Shown: positions 1-9,635 of the stretch, piece by piece
How the letters are laid out: each line of letters begins with the position of its first letter
Numbering within the stretch: the stretch's first letter is position 1
From: Coprobacillaceae bacterium
GTDB taxonomy: Bacteria; Bacillota_I; Bacilli_A; Erysipelotrichales; Coprobacillaceae
Assembly: GCA_963675515.1 (NCBI GenBank)
Contig: OY776328.1
Location: 2,760,001 to 2,792,000, forward strand
Length of the DNA: 32,000 bases
Direction of reading: 5' to 3'
Notes under the pieces: generated by a model
What the model was told of the DNA's origin: nothing
The model's database searches: none
Seen by the model: only the letters and a program-made list of their open reading frames with translations
Position numbers and translations under genes: made by a program

Positions 1-609
1 GTTGTTTTGGGCTTTACCCTTGGTGTCGCGCAACAGTCTGAAATTCTCATACATTCCACCATAATTCGGTGCAATCGACATCTCATTATCATTAAAAATG
101 ATGATGATATTACTATCGAGCATTGCGGCATTGTTTAGACCTTCAAAGGCCTCGCCGCCTGACATCGATCCGTCTCCTATTACTGCAATTATGTTTTCAT
201 TTCCACCAGTAAGATTTCTTCCGGTAGCCAGACCGACAGCCAATGATACTGATGTTGCTGTATGCCCAACTTTGAAAAAATCATGTTCACTTTCACTTGG
301 AGTTGTGTACCCACTGTAATCATAATAGTGCTCCGGATCCACGAATCCTGCTTTTCTTCCCGTGAGGATTTTATGGGTGTATGATTGATGGGATACATCA
401 AAAACAAACTTGTCTTTAGGTGAATTGAAAACATAGTGCATTGCGATTGTGGTTTCAACCATTCCTAAATTTGAACCCATGTGACCTCCGGTCTCAGTGA
501 TCCTCTTAATCAAAATTTCTCTGATTTCATCTGCTAGTTCAGGCAATACATCAACGTTCAGTTTTTTTAAATCGACTGGGTTATTTATTTTGTCTATTAA
601 TTTGGTCAT
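1..609 (-). CDS. dxs: DXS-like thiamine-diphosphate enzyme (1-deoxy-D-xylulose-5-phosphate synthase family), N-terminal 203 codons; the gene continues past the window start
   Basis: Absent from the ORF track because it is open at the window edge. My translation of the minus strand from the ATG (comp 607-609) reads MTKLIDKINNPVDLKKLNVDVLPELADEIREILIKRITETGGHMGSNLGMVETTIAMHYVFNSPKDKFVFDVSHQSYTHKILTGRKAGF...VIGDGSMSGGEAFEGLNNAAMLDSNIIIIFNDNEMSIAPN. It has the DXS-type GGH.GSNLG and HQ.Y.HKILTGR motifs and the GDG...N TPP motif. SD AAAAGGAG at comp 615-624. Confidence 0.8.
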   Translation of the reverse strand, partial: MTKLIDKINNPVDLKKLNVDVLPELADEIREILIKRITETGGHMGSNLGMVETTIAMHYVFNSPKDKFVFDVSHQSYTHKILTGRKAGFVDPEHYYDYSGYTTPSESEHDFFKVGHTATSVSLAVGLATGRNLTGGNENIIAVIGDGSMSGGEAFEGLNNAAMLDSNIIIIFNDNEMSIAPNYGGMYENFRLLRDTKGKAQNN

Positions 610-636
610 TTTAATACTCCTTTTCTTTTCGATATC

Positions 637-667
637 ACTATAACTCTAAAGTTAACTTCAGAGTCAA
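637..667 (-). promoter_or_regulatory. MerR-type promoter/operator (19-bp spacer) driving the DXS-like gene
   Basis: The minus strand reads TTGACT-CTGAAGTTAACTTTAGAGT-TATAGT. The hexamers are near consensus and the spacer is 19 bp. The dyad is CTCTGAAGT-TA-ACTTTAGAG. The -10 lies 28 nt upstream of the ATG at 609. Confidence 0.7.
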
Positions 668-776
668 GGGGTATTTTAAAAAATTGGAATTATTATTTCA
701 CATTGAACTTGTCTATTAAAACTCCAAACAGGCTCATTGTAAAATCACCAAATTTAAGCATCCTATACGTCAATCT

Positions 777-1187
777 TTAATCTGTGTTACAAGGTCTGTT
801 AATTTCTTTATGGATGTCCTCAGTACCAGCTTCAATTGCTGTCGAGTAATACCACAATTTATGATCAATGACATCCATTTGTTTTTCGAGTTCTTTAATT
901 TGTTGATTGACAATTCTCTTTCTTTCTTCAAATAAATCGTATCTTTCTTGCAGCGAAGCATCGCCGGCTTTAACCATAGCGATGAACTCTTTCATCTGGG
1001 ATATTGGCATTCCAGTGCTCTTGAAGCAATCAATAACCCTCAGCATTTCAAGATCACTATCTTTAAATATCCGATACCCCGATTCTTTCCGCGATAAAAA
1101 AGGCAATAACCCTTCTTTGTCATAATAACGGATTGTGGAAATGGGAATATTCATCATTTCCGCAACTTCTCTTATACCGTATTCCAT
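777..1187 (-). CDS. MerR-family transcriptional regulator, AdhR/NmlR-like (conserved Cys)
   Basis: ORF track, 136 aa. N-terminal MerR HTH (IREVAEMMNIPISTIRYYDKEGLLPF..R..SGYRIF), then VIDCFKSTGM with a Cys at the AdhR/NmlR sensing position and a coiled-coil dimerisation helix. SD AAGGAGTG upstream. Confidence 0.85.
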   Translation of the reverse strand: MEYGIREVAEMMNIPISTIRYYDKEGLLPFLSRKESGYRIFKDSDLEMLRVIDCFKSTGMPISQMKEFIAMVKAGDASLQERYDLFEERKRIVNQQIKELEKQMDVIDHKLWYYSTAIEAGTEDIHKEINRPCNTD

Positions 1188-1291
1188 AAATTATCACTCC
1201 TTATGTCAAAATTTCATTTACTATCTGGAACTGACTACACTAACATCATAGCATGGTGAAATAGAAAAAACAAAAAAATCTAAAAAAGCCA

Positions 1292-1322
1292 TTGACTCTC
1301 AAGCCAACTTTAGAGTTATAGT
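1292..1322 (+). promoter_or_regulatory. MerR-type promoter/operator (19-bp spacer) facing the AKR operon
   Basis: TTGACT-CTCAAGCCAACTTTAGAGT-TATAGT. The hexamers are identical to the 637-667 site and 16 of 19 spacer positions match. Confidence 0.7.
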
Positions 1323-1425
1323 TGCCCTGTAAGCGATCGAGATTACTGACTATAGACTCCCGAATTAAAAATACCCCATAAAAACACATTCACTATATGA
1401 TAAATTATCTTGCTACTTACAATTT

Positions 1426-1455
1426 TTGCAACTTTATTTTTTGAGATACTAAAAT
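1426..1455 (+). promoter_or_regulatory. Possible secondary sigma-A promoter inside the long AKR leader
   Basis: TTGCAA-N18-TAAAAT, 125 nt upstream of the AKR start. Confidence 0.35.
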
Positions 1456-1579
1456 ATTTGGGAATTCTGAATGCTGCAGGTACCGCGGCTGTTTAGGAAT
1501 CAAATTTTATTTAAATTGATAATGAAAGGACAGTAATTCATAAGCGATTTTGAATATCGCGTTTGAGTGCAAATGAAAA

Positions 1580-2557
1580 ATGGAATACGTAAAATTAGGG
1601 AATACCGGACTGGATGTTTCTAGAATTTGCTTGGGATGCATGAGTTTTGGGGAACCGGAACTAGGGTACCCCGCATGGTCATTACCAGAAATCGAAAGTA
1701 GGACCATCATTAAGAAAGCGTTAGAGCTAGGAATCAATTTCTTTGACACAGCGAATGTATACTCAGATGGATCAAGCGAAGAAATATTGGGTCGTGCTTT
1801 AAACGAATATGCAAACCGGGAAGAAATAGTCATTGCCTCAAAGGTATGTCTTGGTACCGGAAATGGACCTAATAGAAAAGGACTTTCCCGGAAACACATA
1901 TTTGCGGAAATCGACAAGACTCTAGAAAGACTGCAAACAGATTATCTGGATTTATATATTATCCACCGGTTCGACGAAGAAACACCGCTTGAGGAAACAA
2001 TGGAGGCGCTAAATGACCTGGTCAAAGCTGGCAAGGTTAGATATATTGGAGCATCAAGTATGCACGCATGGCAATTTGCCAAAGCCCAAGCCATTGCTGA
2101 TAAAAATGGATGGACTAGATTTGTTTCAATGCAAAATAAATATAATTTGATATACCGTGAAGAGGAAAGAGAGCAAATTCCGCAATTGGTTGATCTAAAG
2201 ATTGCAATGACCCCTTACCAGCCACTAGCCGGCGGAAGGCTTTCGCGTGATCATGATGAAGAAACGACTCGCTCTAATTATCAAGCTAGTTACGCACAAA
2301 ATATCGCTACCTATACCGATGATTGCGAAAATACAATTATCGAAAGAGTCGGCGAGGTTGCTCAAAAATATGGAGTTTCAAAGGCAAACATTGCTTTGGC
2401 TTGGGCTCTAAACAAAAAATATGTAACTTCAGTTTTAGTTGGAACATCTTCAGTGAAGCGGCTGGAAGATACAATCAAGGCTTTAGAAGTCGAATTAAGC
2501 AGCGATGATATGGAATATCTTGAAACAGCCTATATCGCGCATCCAGTAAGATTTTAA
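1580..2557 (+). CDS. Aldo/keto reductase (YajO/Tas-like NADPH oxidoreductase)
   Basis: ORF track, 325 aa. AKR signatures: MEYVKLGNTGLDVSRICLGCMSFG, FFDTANVYSDGSSEEILGRAL (Asp/Tyr), IASKV (Lys), IIHRFD (His). Confidence 0.9.
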   Translation: MEYVKLGNTGLDVSRICLGCMSFGEPELGYPAWSLPEIESRTIIKKALELGINFFDTANVYSDGSSEEILGRALNEYANREEIVIASKVCLGTGNGPNRKGLSRKHIFAEIDKTLERLQTDYLDLYIIHRFDEETPLEETMEALNDLVKAGKVRYIGASSMHAWQFAKAQAIADKNGWTRFVSMQNKYNLIYREEEREQIPQLVDLKIAMTPYQPLAGGRLSRDHDEETTRSNYQASYAQNIATYTDDCENTIIERVGEVAQKYGVSKANIALAWALNKKYVTSVLVGTSSVKRLEDTIKALEVELSSDDMEYLETAYIAHPVRF

Positions 2558-2569
2558 ATACGAGGAGAA

Positions 2570-3733
2570 ATGAAAATGTTAGATTTTAATTACAGCGCTC
2601 CAACCAAAATAATGTTTGGAGAAGGACAAGTTAAGAATTTGCCTGGATTGATGGAACAGTTTGGGAAGAAGGTGCTATTGGCCTATGGTGGCGGTAGCAT
2701 CAAAAACAATGGTATTTATGATGATTTGAAAAATATCCTTGTCGATTTTGAATTGTTCGAACTTTCAGGGATAGAACCAAATCCCAAGGTAGCAACAGTC
2801 AATAAAGGTGCAGAAATTTGCAAAGCAAATGAGATTGATATGATTTTGGCTGTAGGAGGAGGCAGCACAATTGACTGTGCTAAAGCGGTTGCTGCTGCCA
2901 GCTTCTATGATGGTGATGCCTGGGATCTGGTTATTGATCATGGCAAGATAAATAATGTGTTACCGATTATCGCAATCACAACAATGGCGGCTACTGGAAG
3001 TGAGACTGACATGTTTGGTGTTATCTCTAAACCAGAAATAAATGAAAAAATGAGCATCGCACATCCACTACTTACACCAAAAATTTCAGTTTTGGATCCT
3101 ACCTATACCTATTCTGTGCCAAAGAGTCAAACTGCGGCCGGGATTGCTGATATCATGTCGCATGTGATGGAGGTATACTTTACCAACGATCATGCATACC
3201 TTGCCAATGAGATGTGCGAAGGTATAATGCGAACTTGCATCAAATTTGCGCCGGTTGTGTTTGATCAACCTGAAAACTATGATGCACGATCAGAAATTTT
3301 ATGGGCAAATACTGCAGCCATGAATGGAATTAGTTGGGTCGGAAAAGGCCAGGCTTGGTCTTGCCATCCTATTGAGCATGAGTTGAGTGCATTTTATGAC
3401 ATCACACATGGTGTTGGCCTTGCGATAATTACACCCAAGTGGATGCGGTATATATTGTCTGAAGAAAATGTTGACCAATTTGTTCGATATGCTACAAATG
3501 TATGGGGGATAGAGCCAGGAAAAGATGCTTTTGCTATAGCAAAAAAAGGCATCGATGCCCTCGAGAACTTTTTCATATCGTTAGACATACCAACAAACTT
3601 GTCGGTATTAGATATTGATGATAGATACTTTGATGAAATGGCGGAACATGCAGTTGCAACAGGGGGATTGCAATATGGGTTTGCACCGTTAAGTATCAAT
3701 GATGTAAGAGAAATTTTAAAAATGTGTCTTTAG
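2570..3733 (+). CDS. Iron-containing (group III) alcohol dehydrogenase, butanol-dehydrogenase/YqhD-like
   Basis: ORF track, 387 aa. Contains AVGGGSTIDCAKAVA and HP.EHELSAFYDITHG metal-site motifs. SD GAGGAG. Starts 12 nt after the AKR stop. Confidence 0.9.
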   Translation: MKMLDFNYSAPTKIMFGEGQVKNLPGLMEQFGKKVLLAYGGGSIKNNGIYDDLKNILVDFELFELSGIEPNPKVATVNKGAEICKANEIDMILAVGGGSTIDCAKAVAAASFYDGDAWDLVIDHGKINNVLPIIAITTMAATGSETDMFGVISKPEINEKMSIAHPLLTPKISVLDPTYTYSVPKSQTAAGIADIMSHVMEVYFTNDHAYLANEMCEGIMRTCIKFAPVVFDQPENYDARSEILWANTAAMNGISWVGKGQAWSCHPIEHELSAFYDITHGVGLAIITPKWMRYILSEENVDQFVRYATNVWGIEPGKDAFAIAKKGIDALENFFISLDIPTNLSVLDIDDRYFDEMAEHAVATGGLQYGFAPLSINDVREILKMCL

Positions 3734-3751
3734 ACACTCTATTAATAAATT

Positions 3752-4132
3752 ATGAAATACACAATTAATGAGGTTGCCCAGTCATTAAATATGCCGGTAA
3801 CCACCATTAGATACTATGATAAGAAAGGATTTTTGCCATTCATTGAACGGAAATCGTCAGGTTATCGGCTTTTTTCTGATGATGATGTTCTAGTATTAGA
3901 AACCATCGACTGCCTAAAGCAAACCGGATTGTCGTTGGACGAAATTAAAAATCTTGTAAACAGCTCGACAATCATGAGCGATGGCAGCTACGATCACTAT
4001 GCGATGTTCTCAAACGGAAGAGAAATATTGCAGAAAAAAATTGACTGTTTAACTGAAATCGTGACCGTTTTTGACGAAAGGTGTTCACACTACCCAAGTA
4101 GATCAAAAAATAACAATAAAGAAATAGAATAG
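3752..4132 (+). CDS. Second MerR-family regulator, AdhR/NmlR-like paralogue
   Basis: ORF track, 126 aa. INEVAQSLNMPVTTIRYYDKKGFLPF..R..SGYRLF, then TIDCLKQTGL with the same Cys position as the 777-1187 protein. Starts 18 nt after the ADH stop. Confidence 0.85.
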   Translation: MKYTINEVAQSLNMPVTTIRYYDKKGFLPFIERKSSGYRLFSDDDVLVLETIDCLKQTGLSLDEIKNLVNSSTIMSDGSYDHYAMFSNGREILQKKIDCLTEIVTVFDERCSHYPSRSKNNNKEIE

Positions 4133-4141
4133 GAGAAACAT

Positions 4142-4378
4142 ATGATAGGAACTATTGCAGCAATACTTACAACTGGGTCATTTCTACCCCAGGCTATTAA
4201 GATAATAAAAACGAAAGACACATCAGGAATTTCGCTCATAATGTATCTAATGAGTGTCACAGGAATATTCTTATGGGCGGTACACGGTTATTTTATTCAG
4301 GACATGGCACTTATGGTTGCCAACACCTTCACATTTATATTGGCAGCGATAATATTGTTTTATAAAATCAAATATTAA
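4142..4378 (+). CDS. SemiSWEET / PQ-loop small membrane transporter (three TM helices)
   Basis: ORF track, 78 aa. PQ motif (SFLPQAIKIIKTK) and three hydrophobic helices; the size is typical of bacterial SemiSWEETs. SD AGGAGA. Confidence 0.75.
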   Translation: MIGTIAAILTTGSFLPQAIKIIKTKDTSGISLIMYLMSVTGIFLWAVHGYFIQDMALMVANTFTFILAAIILFYKIKY

Positions 4379-4393
4379 AGAGCGCTATTAGAT

Positions 4394-4438
4394 GCCAACG
4401 GAGTCAACTTAAGGAATTTCCTTGGTTGGCTCTTTTTT
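4394..4438 (+). terminator. Rho-independent terminator closing the AKR-ADH-MerR-SemiSWEET operon
   Basis: GCCAAC...AAGGAA-t-TTCCTT-GGTTGGC stem, followed by TCTTTTTTG. Confidence 0.6.
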
Positions 4439-4556
4439 GTTTAATTTGGTCGATGGCAACGCCTTTTTAAAAAATATATAGTTAAATAATCAATCATATT
4501 ATTGCTGTAATTAAGCATTATAACGGTATAATGCAGTTAAGAAAAGAGGCGATTTT

Positions 4557-4806
4557 ATGTTTGTCATAGCAGTTAAAAACAATAGGAACAAAGACAATAC
4601 CTATTCCTGTGCTCTTGTTGAATATTACCGTGACGGTGGTGTCTCAAAGCACCGCGTCCTGATCAATTTTGGTCTTGTAGATGCCAAAAGCGTTCCGTTC
4701 TTAAAGGCCGCATTCGCCAAAAAGAAACGGAGGTTGGTTTATAATGACGAACAATGTAGTTAAGATTAACCAGGTTGCAAAATTATTTAAATCTTATTCA
4801 GATGCC
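4557..4806 (+). pseudogene. IS1634-family transposase, N-terminal fragment (frameshifted)
   Basis: MFVIAVKNNRNKDNTYSCALVEYYRDGGVSKHRVLINFGLVD resembles IS1634-type N-termini (recognised from memory). It continues in another frame as VKINQVAKLFKSYSDA and then loses similarity. Confidence 0.5.
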
Positions 4807-4875
4807 ATGTGTAACAGTACTACCCGTGAACTCGCAAGAAATAAAAGTTGGATTATCAACCCATTTCAAACAGTT

Positions 4876-5256
4876 TTAGTTGGTTTTAGTTAGTATTCTA
4901 ACTACAGCCGCGGTTCCTTGCACTGGGTATGATTCAGCAACCGCACCTTCGAAAATGACCTCAACCATTGACCCTTCTTCAATATCTGTAATCTCGAACA
5001 GCCGGCTCATATTGTCTTTTTGGATCAGTGTGTCTTTTGCGATTCTGACCAATGCTTTGTCATACATCGTGTCAACCTCTATTGATCCTTCCACCAACAT
5101 TGTTCCCTCATCTCCATTGTTCATTATATTGGTGACGATTCCTCTGATTCCAATCTTTTCATTATTATCATGATTGCCCCTTGAATAGAGGTGGCTCCCG
5201 ATAGCAACTACAACGATCAAAATAAGTACTACTACTGTCTGGACTATTTTTTTCAT
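4876..5256 (-). CDS. Small secreted/membrane-anchored protein, DUF3221 (YobA)-like
   Basis: ORF track, 126 aa. N-terminal TM/signal helix, then GIRGIVTNI...MLVEG...YDKALVRI...VEVIFEGAVAESYPVQGTA, as in DUF3221 proteins (from memory). Confidence 0.65.
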   Translation of the reverse strand: MKKIVQTVVVLILIVVVAIGSHLYSRGNHDNNEKIGIRGIVTNIMNNGDEGTMLVEGSIEVDTMYDKALVRIAKDTLIQKDNMSRLFEITDIEEGSMVEVIFEGAVAESYPVQGTAAVVRILTKTN

Positions 5257-5634
5257 ATACTTTACCTCTCAATTTAATTATCAATCAGATAATCAAATCA
5301 TGCAAGTAGCAATTATGGAATTCCTCTTTCATGGGTACCGCCACCCAATATCCTAAGCATTGGCTTTGGATCATTTATTCCAATATCTCAATTTCCGTTA
5401 AGGTCAAGTGTGCCAAATAGTTGTCAGCTTTTTACACCAGAGGTTAAGCTATAAGATGCTTGTCTAATGGAATTAGTCCACAAAAGCTGTGCTGCATTAT
5501 CAATATTACAGTTATGAGCTTTGCATGTATGAGGGCATATCTTCAAAAGATTCAGAGACATTAAGTGATTATGGCCAGAATTTCTTTATTTAGTCTACCA
5601 ACTTACGATATGTTCTAAAAGTCTATCTGACTCT

Positions 5635-6220
5635 TCACATCCTAATTTTCCACCAAAACGCACTCTCAAACATACGAAACGTTTCAGGTTCATTATTTTC
5701 GAGCCACCTCAGAGATTTTTTCACGCCTAAATACCATGGATTATTGAGCTTGAAATAAATTTCCAAGCTTTCGGTCAACAAACAATGGTATTTGTAGTGC
5801 CCTTCCGCATCATTGCGCCTTGTTCTTTTTTGCATTTTTTCAACCGACTCTTTAAGAAGATACGTTGATTTTCATCGAGCAATTCCGGACCCTCATTATA
5901 AATTCTATTGATCTCATTAATAAAGTCAGTTGCTTCAGCCCGCGATCCAATAAAACTTCATTTTTGACGATATGTAAATAATCGTTCGGGTTTTCAAGTT
6001 GCTTAGAATTAACAACCCATACATCCAGTTGAACGCCATTTAGCATACTTGTATCATTAATTCCACCAATTGAATCGGTAAAGCACAATATTTCTATATC
6101 ACTTTCAGGTGTATAATCTCCTTCCAAGTATGATCCATATAAAATGATAATGTGACAGTTATACTTCTTCAATGGATATATTTTGACTCTCTCAACAGTA
6201 TTTTCCACAGAAAGCTCCAT
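5635..6220 (-). pseudogene. Nucleotidyltransferase-domain protein (GS-x10-DxE), broken by two frameshifts
   Basis: Frame 1 is MELSV...IIILYGSYLEGDYTPESDIEILCF...VLLDRG. Frame 2 is AEATDFINEINRIYNEGPELLDENQRIFLKSRLKK. Frame 3 is MQKRTRRNDAEGHYKYH...FESAF. The shifts sit at a GGG run (about 5940) and an A6 run (about 5838). Confidence 0.65.
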
Positions 6221-6751
6221 TAACATCACTCCCATAAATCCCCATTATCGAAGGTATTATGACTTGAAATCGATTATGAATATTCGGGTATTCAGATTAA
6301 TATCTTGATAATATAATAAGAACTAGTTAGTTTTCAAAGTTAGATTTGAATGACCCTATAAAACAGGCAGCAATTTCTGTTGGTTTGCGGAAATACGGTA
6401 ACTAATCTGAAATGCTGAAATTTGTTGGATTATTAAGCGACCAAATTTCGACATTTCACCACTAAAATTCTCAACCTGGGCTATGTTGTCATTCAAAAAG
6501 GTAGATACGGTATATTACTATTCTTTTCAAGAGTCTATCCTAGATCAAACACACAACAACATTTTATCACGTGCCACTAAATGTTACAACTTTGAAAAAC
6601 TGAGCTGTCTAAGTCCCCATTAGTATTATCCATTATAAAAAAGTCACTCCCGAATGATTATGTTCAGCCTGGAGTGACCTGCCTATCAATTTAATATTCT
6701 AATATGGTTTAGCCGATTTTAACGCAGTAAACCCTTTTTATATTTTCCCCC

Positions 6752-6781
6752 TAAAAAGCCAGCGTTATTGTTCGCTGGCTC
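6752..6781 (-). terminator. Rho-independent terminator after the hydrolase gene
   Basis: The minus strand reads AGCCAGCG-aacaataa-CGCTGGCT followed by TTTTT, 35 nt after the stop. Confidence 0.75.
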
Positions 6782-6814
6782 CTAGTATTGGTTAATTATC
6801 TATTCAAAACACTT

Positions 6815-7726
6815 TTATCCAAGGTAAGTTTGATAGAATTCGACCAACTTGTCAATTGCGGGATTCACAAATTCTTCCTTATCATATAAATCAACGTGTG
6901 TTGCTCCTTCAATCACAAAAAGTTCTTTTTGGTAAGAAGCAGCTTTGCTGATTAAATCTTGAGAATAGCCTATAGTATCTGCTTGACTGCCAGCAATCAC
7001 TAAAATAGGCTGCGTTAAAAAATAATCTACAAAATGGAAAGTGTCAAAGACCATTAATTTATCAATTGACATCATTGACACCTTATTTTCAGAACGAGAA
7101 TGCTGAGCACGTGGCGTCCGATAATACTCGTTAGCTTCTTTTAAGGTCACTGGCATATCCTCTGTGACTTCTTCTGGTACAAATGGTCCATATATTGGAT
7201 TAGAGCCATTAGCCTCCCTCGTCCTTTGTTGAGAAGCTTCCTCTAACAAATCCAGCTGGGCATCTCTTGTCATTTCGCCGTTCATCCCTTCACGAATCCA
7301 AGCAGCTGGATCTGAAATACTAGCACCTGCTATAGCCTTGATACGTCGGTCTGTCATAGCAGTGTTAAAAACATAGCCGCCACCTGAACAAATTCCTAAA
7401 GCACCGATTTTGTCATTGTCAACGTATGGTAGGGTAGTCAGATAGTCAACAGCACATTTCACATCTTCCACTCGCACTGTTGGGTTCTCAACAAATCGAG
7501 GTTCTCCACCACTTTCTCCTTGGAAAGATGTATCATAGACGAGCACTACTAACCCTTGTTTAACCAGTCGCTCTGCATAGAATGATGGTGATTGTTCCTT
7601 CACAGCACCAGCTGGTGCTGAAATTACTATTGCAGAATATTGTTTATTTTCACTAAAATTATTAGGTAAAAATAGAGTTCCTGCTAAAAGATAACTTCCT
7701 TGTTTAATTTTCACTGATTTTTGCAT
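6815..7726 (-). CDS. Alpha/beta hydrolase, dienelactone-hydrolase-like, with a Cys in the nucleophile elbow
   Basis: ORF track, 303 aa. Nucleophile elbow GICSGGG (G-x-C-x-G) and ATHVDLY near the C-terminus. SD GAGG. Confidence 0.8.
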   Translation of the reverse strand: MQKSVKIKQGSYLLAGTLFLPNNFSENKQYSAIVISAPAGAVKEQSPSFYAERLVKQGLVVLVYDTSFQGESGGEPRFVENPTVRVEDVKCAVDYLTTLPYVDNDKIGALGICSGGGYVFNTAMTDRRIKAIAGASISDPAAWIREGMNGEMTRDAQLDLLEEASQQRTREANGSNPIYGPFVPEEVTEDMPVTLKEANEYYRTPRAQHSRSENKVSMMSIDKLMVFDTFHFVDYFLTQPILVIAGSQADTIGYSQDLISKAASYQKELFVIEGATHVDLYDKEEFVNPAIDKLVEFYQTYLG

Positions 7727-7769
7727 AAGATAACCTCATTTCTTTGTTCAGTCATATGACTGTATCAAC

Positions 7770-8429
<660 letters not shown>

Positions 8430-8497
8430 TTACAATAAATTAGACAAGATTATAAGGACATGATAAAATCTTGTTAAATTTGTGGAGGATATTCAAA

Positions 8498-8791
8498 ATG
8501 ACAAAACGCAGACCTAAACGTACTTACACCGATGAATTCAGAATCAAAATGGTTCAACTTTACAACAATGGGAAACCCAGAGCGGAAATAATCCGTGAAT
8601 ACGATTTGACAGCTTCAGCGTTCAATAAATGGGTTAAACGCTTCAATGACACGGGTTCGTTTACTGAAGCCGACAATCGATCAGATCATGACAAGGCGCT
8701 TATCAAGCTCCAAAAAGAAAACGAACGACTGAAGATGGAAAATGATATTTTAAAGCAAGCGGCGCTGATAATGGGACGAAAAGACAAGTAA
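8498..8791 (+). CDS. IS3-family transposase OrfA (HTH)
   Basis: MTKRRPKRTYTDEFRIKMVQLYNNGK..., followed by a leucine-zipper-like tail. SD GGAGGA. The ORF track start at 8471 is a TTG extension. Confidence 0.9.
   Translation: MTKRRPKRTYTDEFRIKMVQLYNNGKPRAEIIREYDLTASAFNKWVKRFNDTGSFTEADNRSDHDKALIKLQKENERLKMENDILKQAALIMGRKDK
8749..8755 (+). other. Programmed -1 ribosomal frameshift heptamer T_TTA_AAG (orfA to orfB)
   Basis: X_XXY_YYZ motif in the orfA zero frame (att tta aag). The orfB frame is open from 8746 and reads FKASGADNGTKRQVIFANKHKYSISAMCKVLKISRATLYY. Confidence 0.7.
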
Positions 8792-8826
8792 TCTTTGCCA
8801 ATAAACACAAATACTCTATCAGCGCT

Positions 8827-9606
8827 ATGTGCAAAGTCTTGAAAATCTCTCGGGCAACTCTCTACTACAAACCCAAAGGGCGTAAAGTGGATTCGAAGCT
8901 TGAAGATGAAGTAATAAAATCATTCAAAAACAGCAAGAAGAATTATGGAACACGCAAGATAAAAGATGACTTGGATGATTTAAACATGGTTGCCAGCAGA
9001 AGAAAAATTGCTCAAATCATGGACAAATACGGCTTGATTAGTAAATACACCATCAAGCAACGACCAAAGCATTATGGCAAAGTAAATAATGACGATATTG
9101 AAAATATGATCAATAGAAAATTCCAAGCAGAGCGGCCAATGCAATATTTAACCAGCGACTTGACCTACATCAAGGTGGCTGGAAAATGGAACTATATTTG
9201 TCTGATAATTGATTTGTACAATCGTGAAATCGTTGGTAAATCTAGTGGTCAAAACAAAGACGCCAACTTGGTTATTAAGGCATTAAACGATATAAAAAGT
9301 GATCTCAGTGATGTCGAGATATTTCATTCAGACCGAGGATCGGAGTTCAAAAACGAGATGATTGATGGGATATTGGCATTGCATGGAATCAAGAGATCGT
9401 TGAGTGCCAAAGGAAAACCGATTGATAACGCGGTATCAGAATCAATGTATAAAATACTCAAAACAGAATTCGCATTCAATCGACAATTCCGCAGTATCGA
9501 CGAATTGTCATTGGAACTGTATGATTATGTCAACTGGTTCAACAACAAAAGGAAGCATGGGAGCCTTAATTACAAAACACCCGTACAATACAGGATGTCC
9601 TTATAA
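8827..9606 (+). CDS. IS3-family transposase OrfB (DDE integrase core), normally made as an OrfAB fusion
   Basis: ORF track, 259 aa in the -1 frame relative to orfA. Contains LTSDLTYIKV, HSDRGSEF and NAVSES (DDE-type) motifs. Confidence 0.9.
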   Translation: MCKVLKISRATLYYKPKGRKVDSKLEDEVIKSFKNSKKNYGTRKIKDDLDDLNMVASRRKIAQIMDKYGLISKYTIKQRPKHYGKVNNDDIENMINRKFQAERPMQYLTSDLTYIKVAGKWNYICLIIDLYNREIVGKSSGQNKDANLVIKALNDIKSDLSDVEIFHSDRGSEFKNEMIDGILALHGIKRSLSAKGKPIDNAVSESMYKILKTEFAFNRQFRSIDELSLELYDYVNWFNNKRKHGSLNYKTPVQYRMSL

Positions 9607-9635
9607 AAATTGTCTAAAAAAGTGTTGACTATCCA

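Noticed and set aside
98-458. ORF-track ORFs of 73 aa (+) and 89 aa (-) at the window start.
   Set aside because: Both are off-frame or antisense to the DXS-like reading frame, which is open across 1-609 and carries clear family motifs.
1507-1917. A 136-aa minus-strand ORF overlapping the AKR start.
   Set aside because: It is antisense to a well-supported AKR gene and has no SD or recognisable domain.
5635-6235. A two-gene MNT-HEPN (type VII) toxin-antitoxin reading of the nucleotidyltransferase ORF plus the downstream 66-aa ORF.
   Set aside because: A third frame bridges the two ORFs with protein-like sequence, and the shifts sit at homopolymers. A single broken ~200-aa gene explains the data better.
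9404-9628. A 74-aa ORF inside the IS (with its twin at 22932-23156).
   Set aside because: It is an alternative frame within transposase orfB and has no independent signals.
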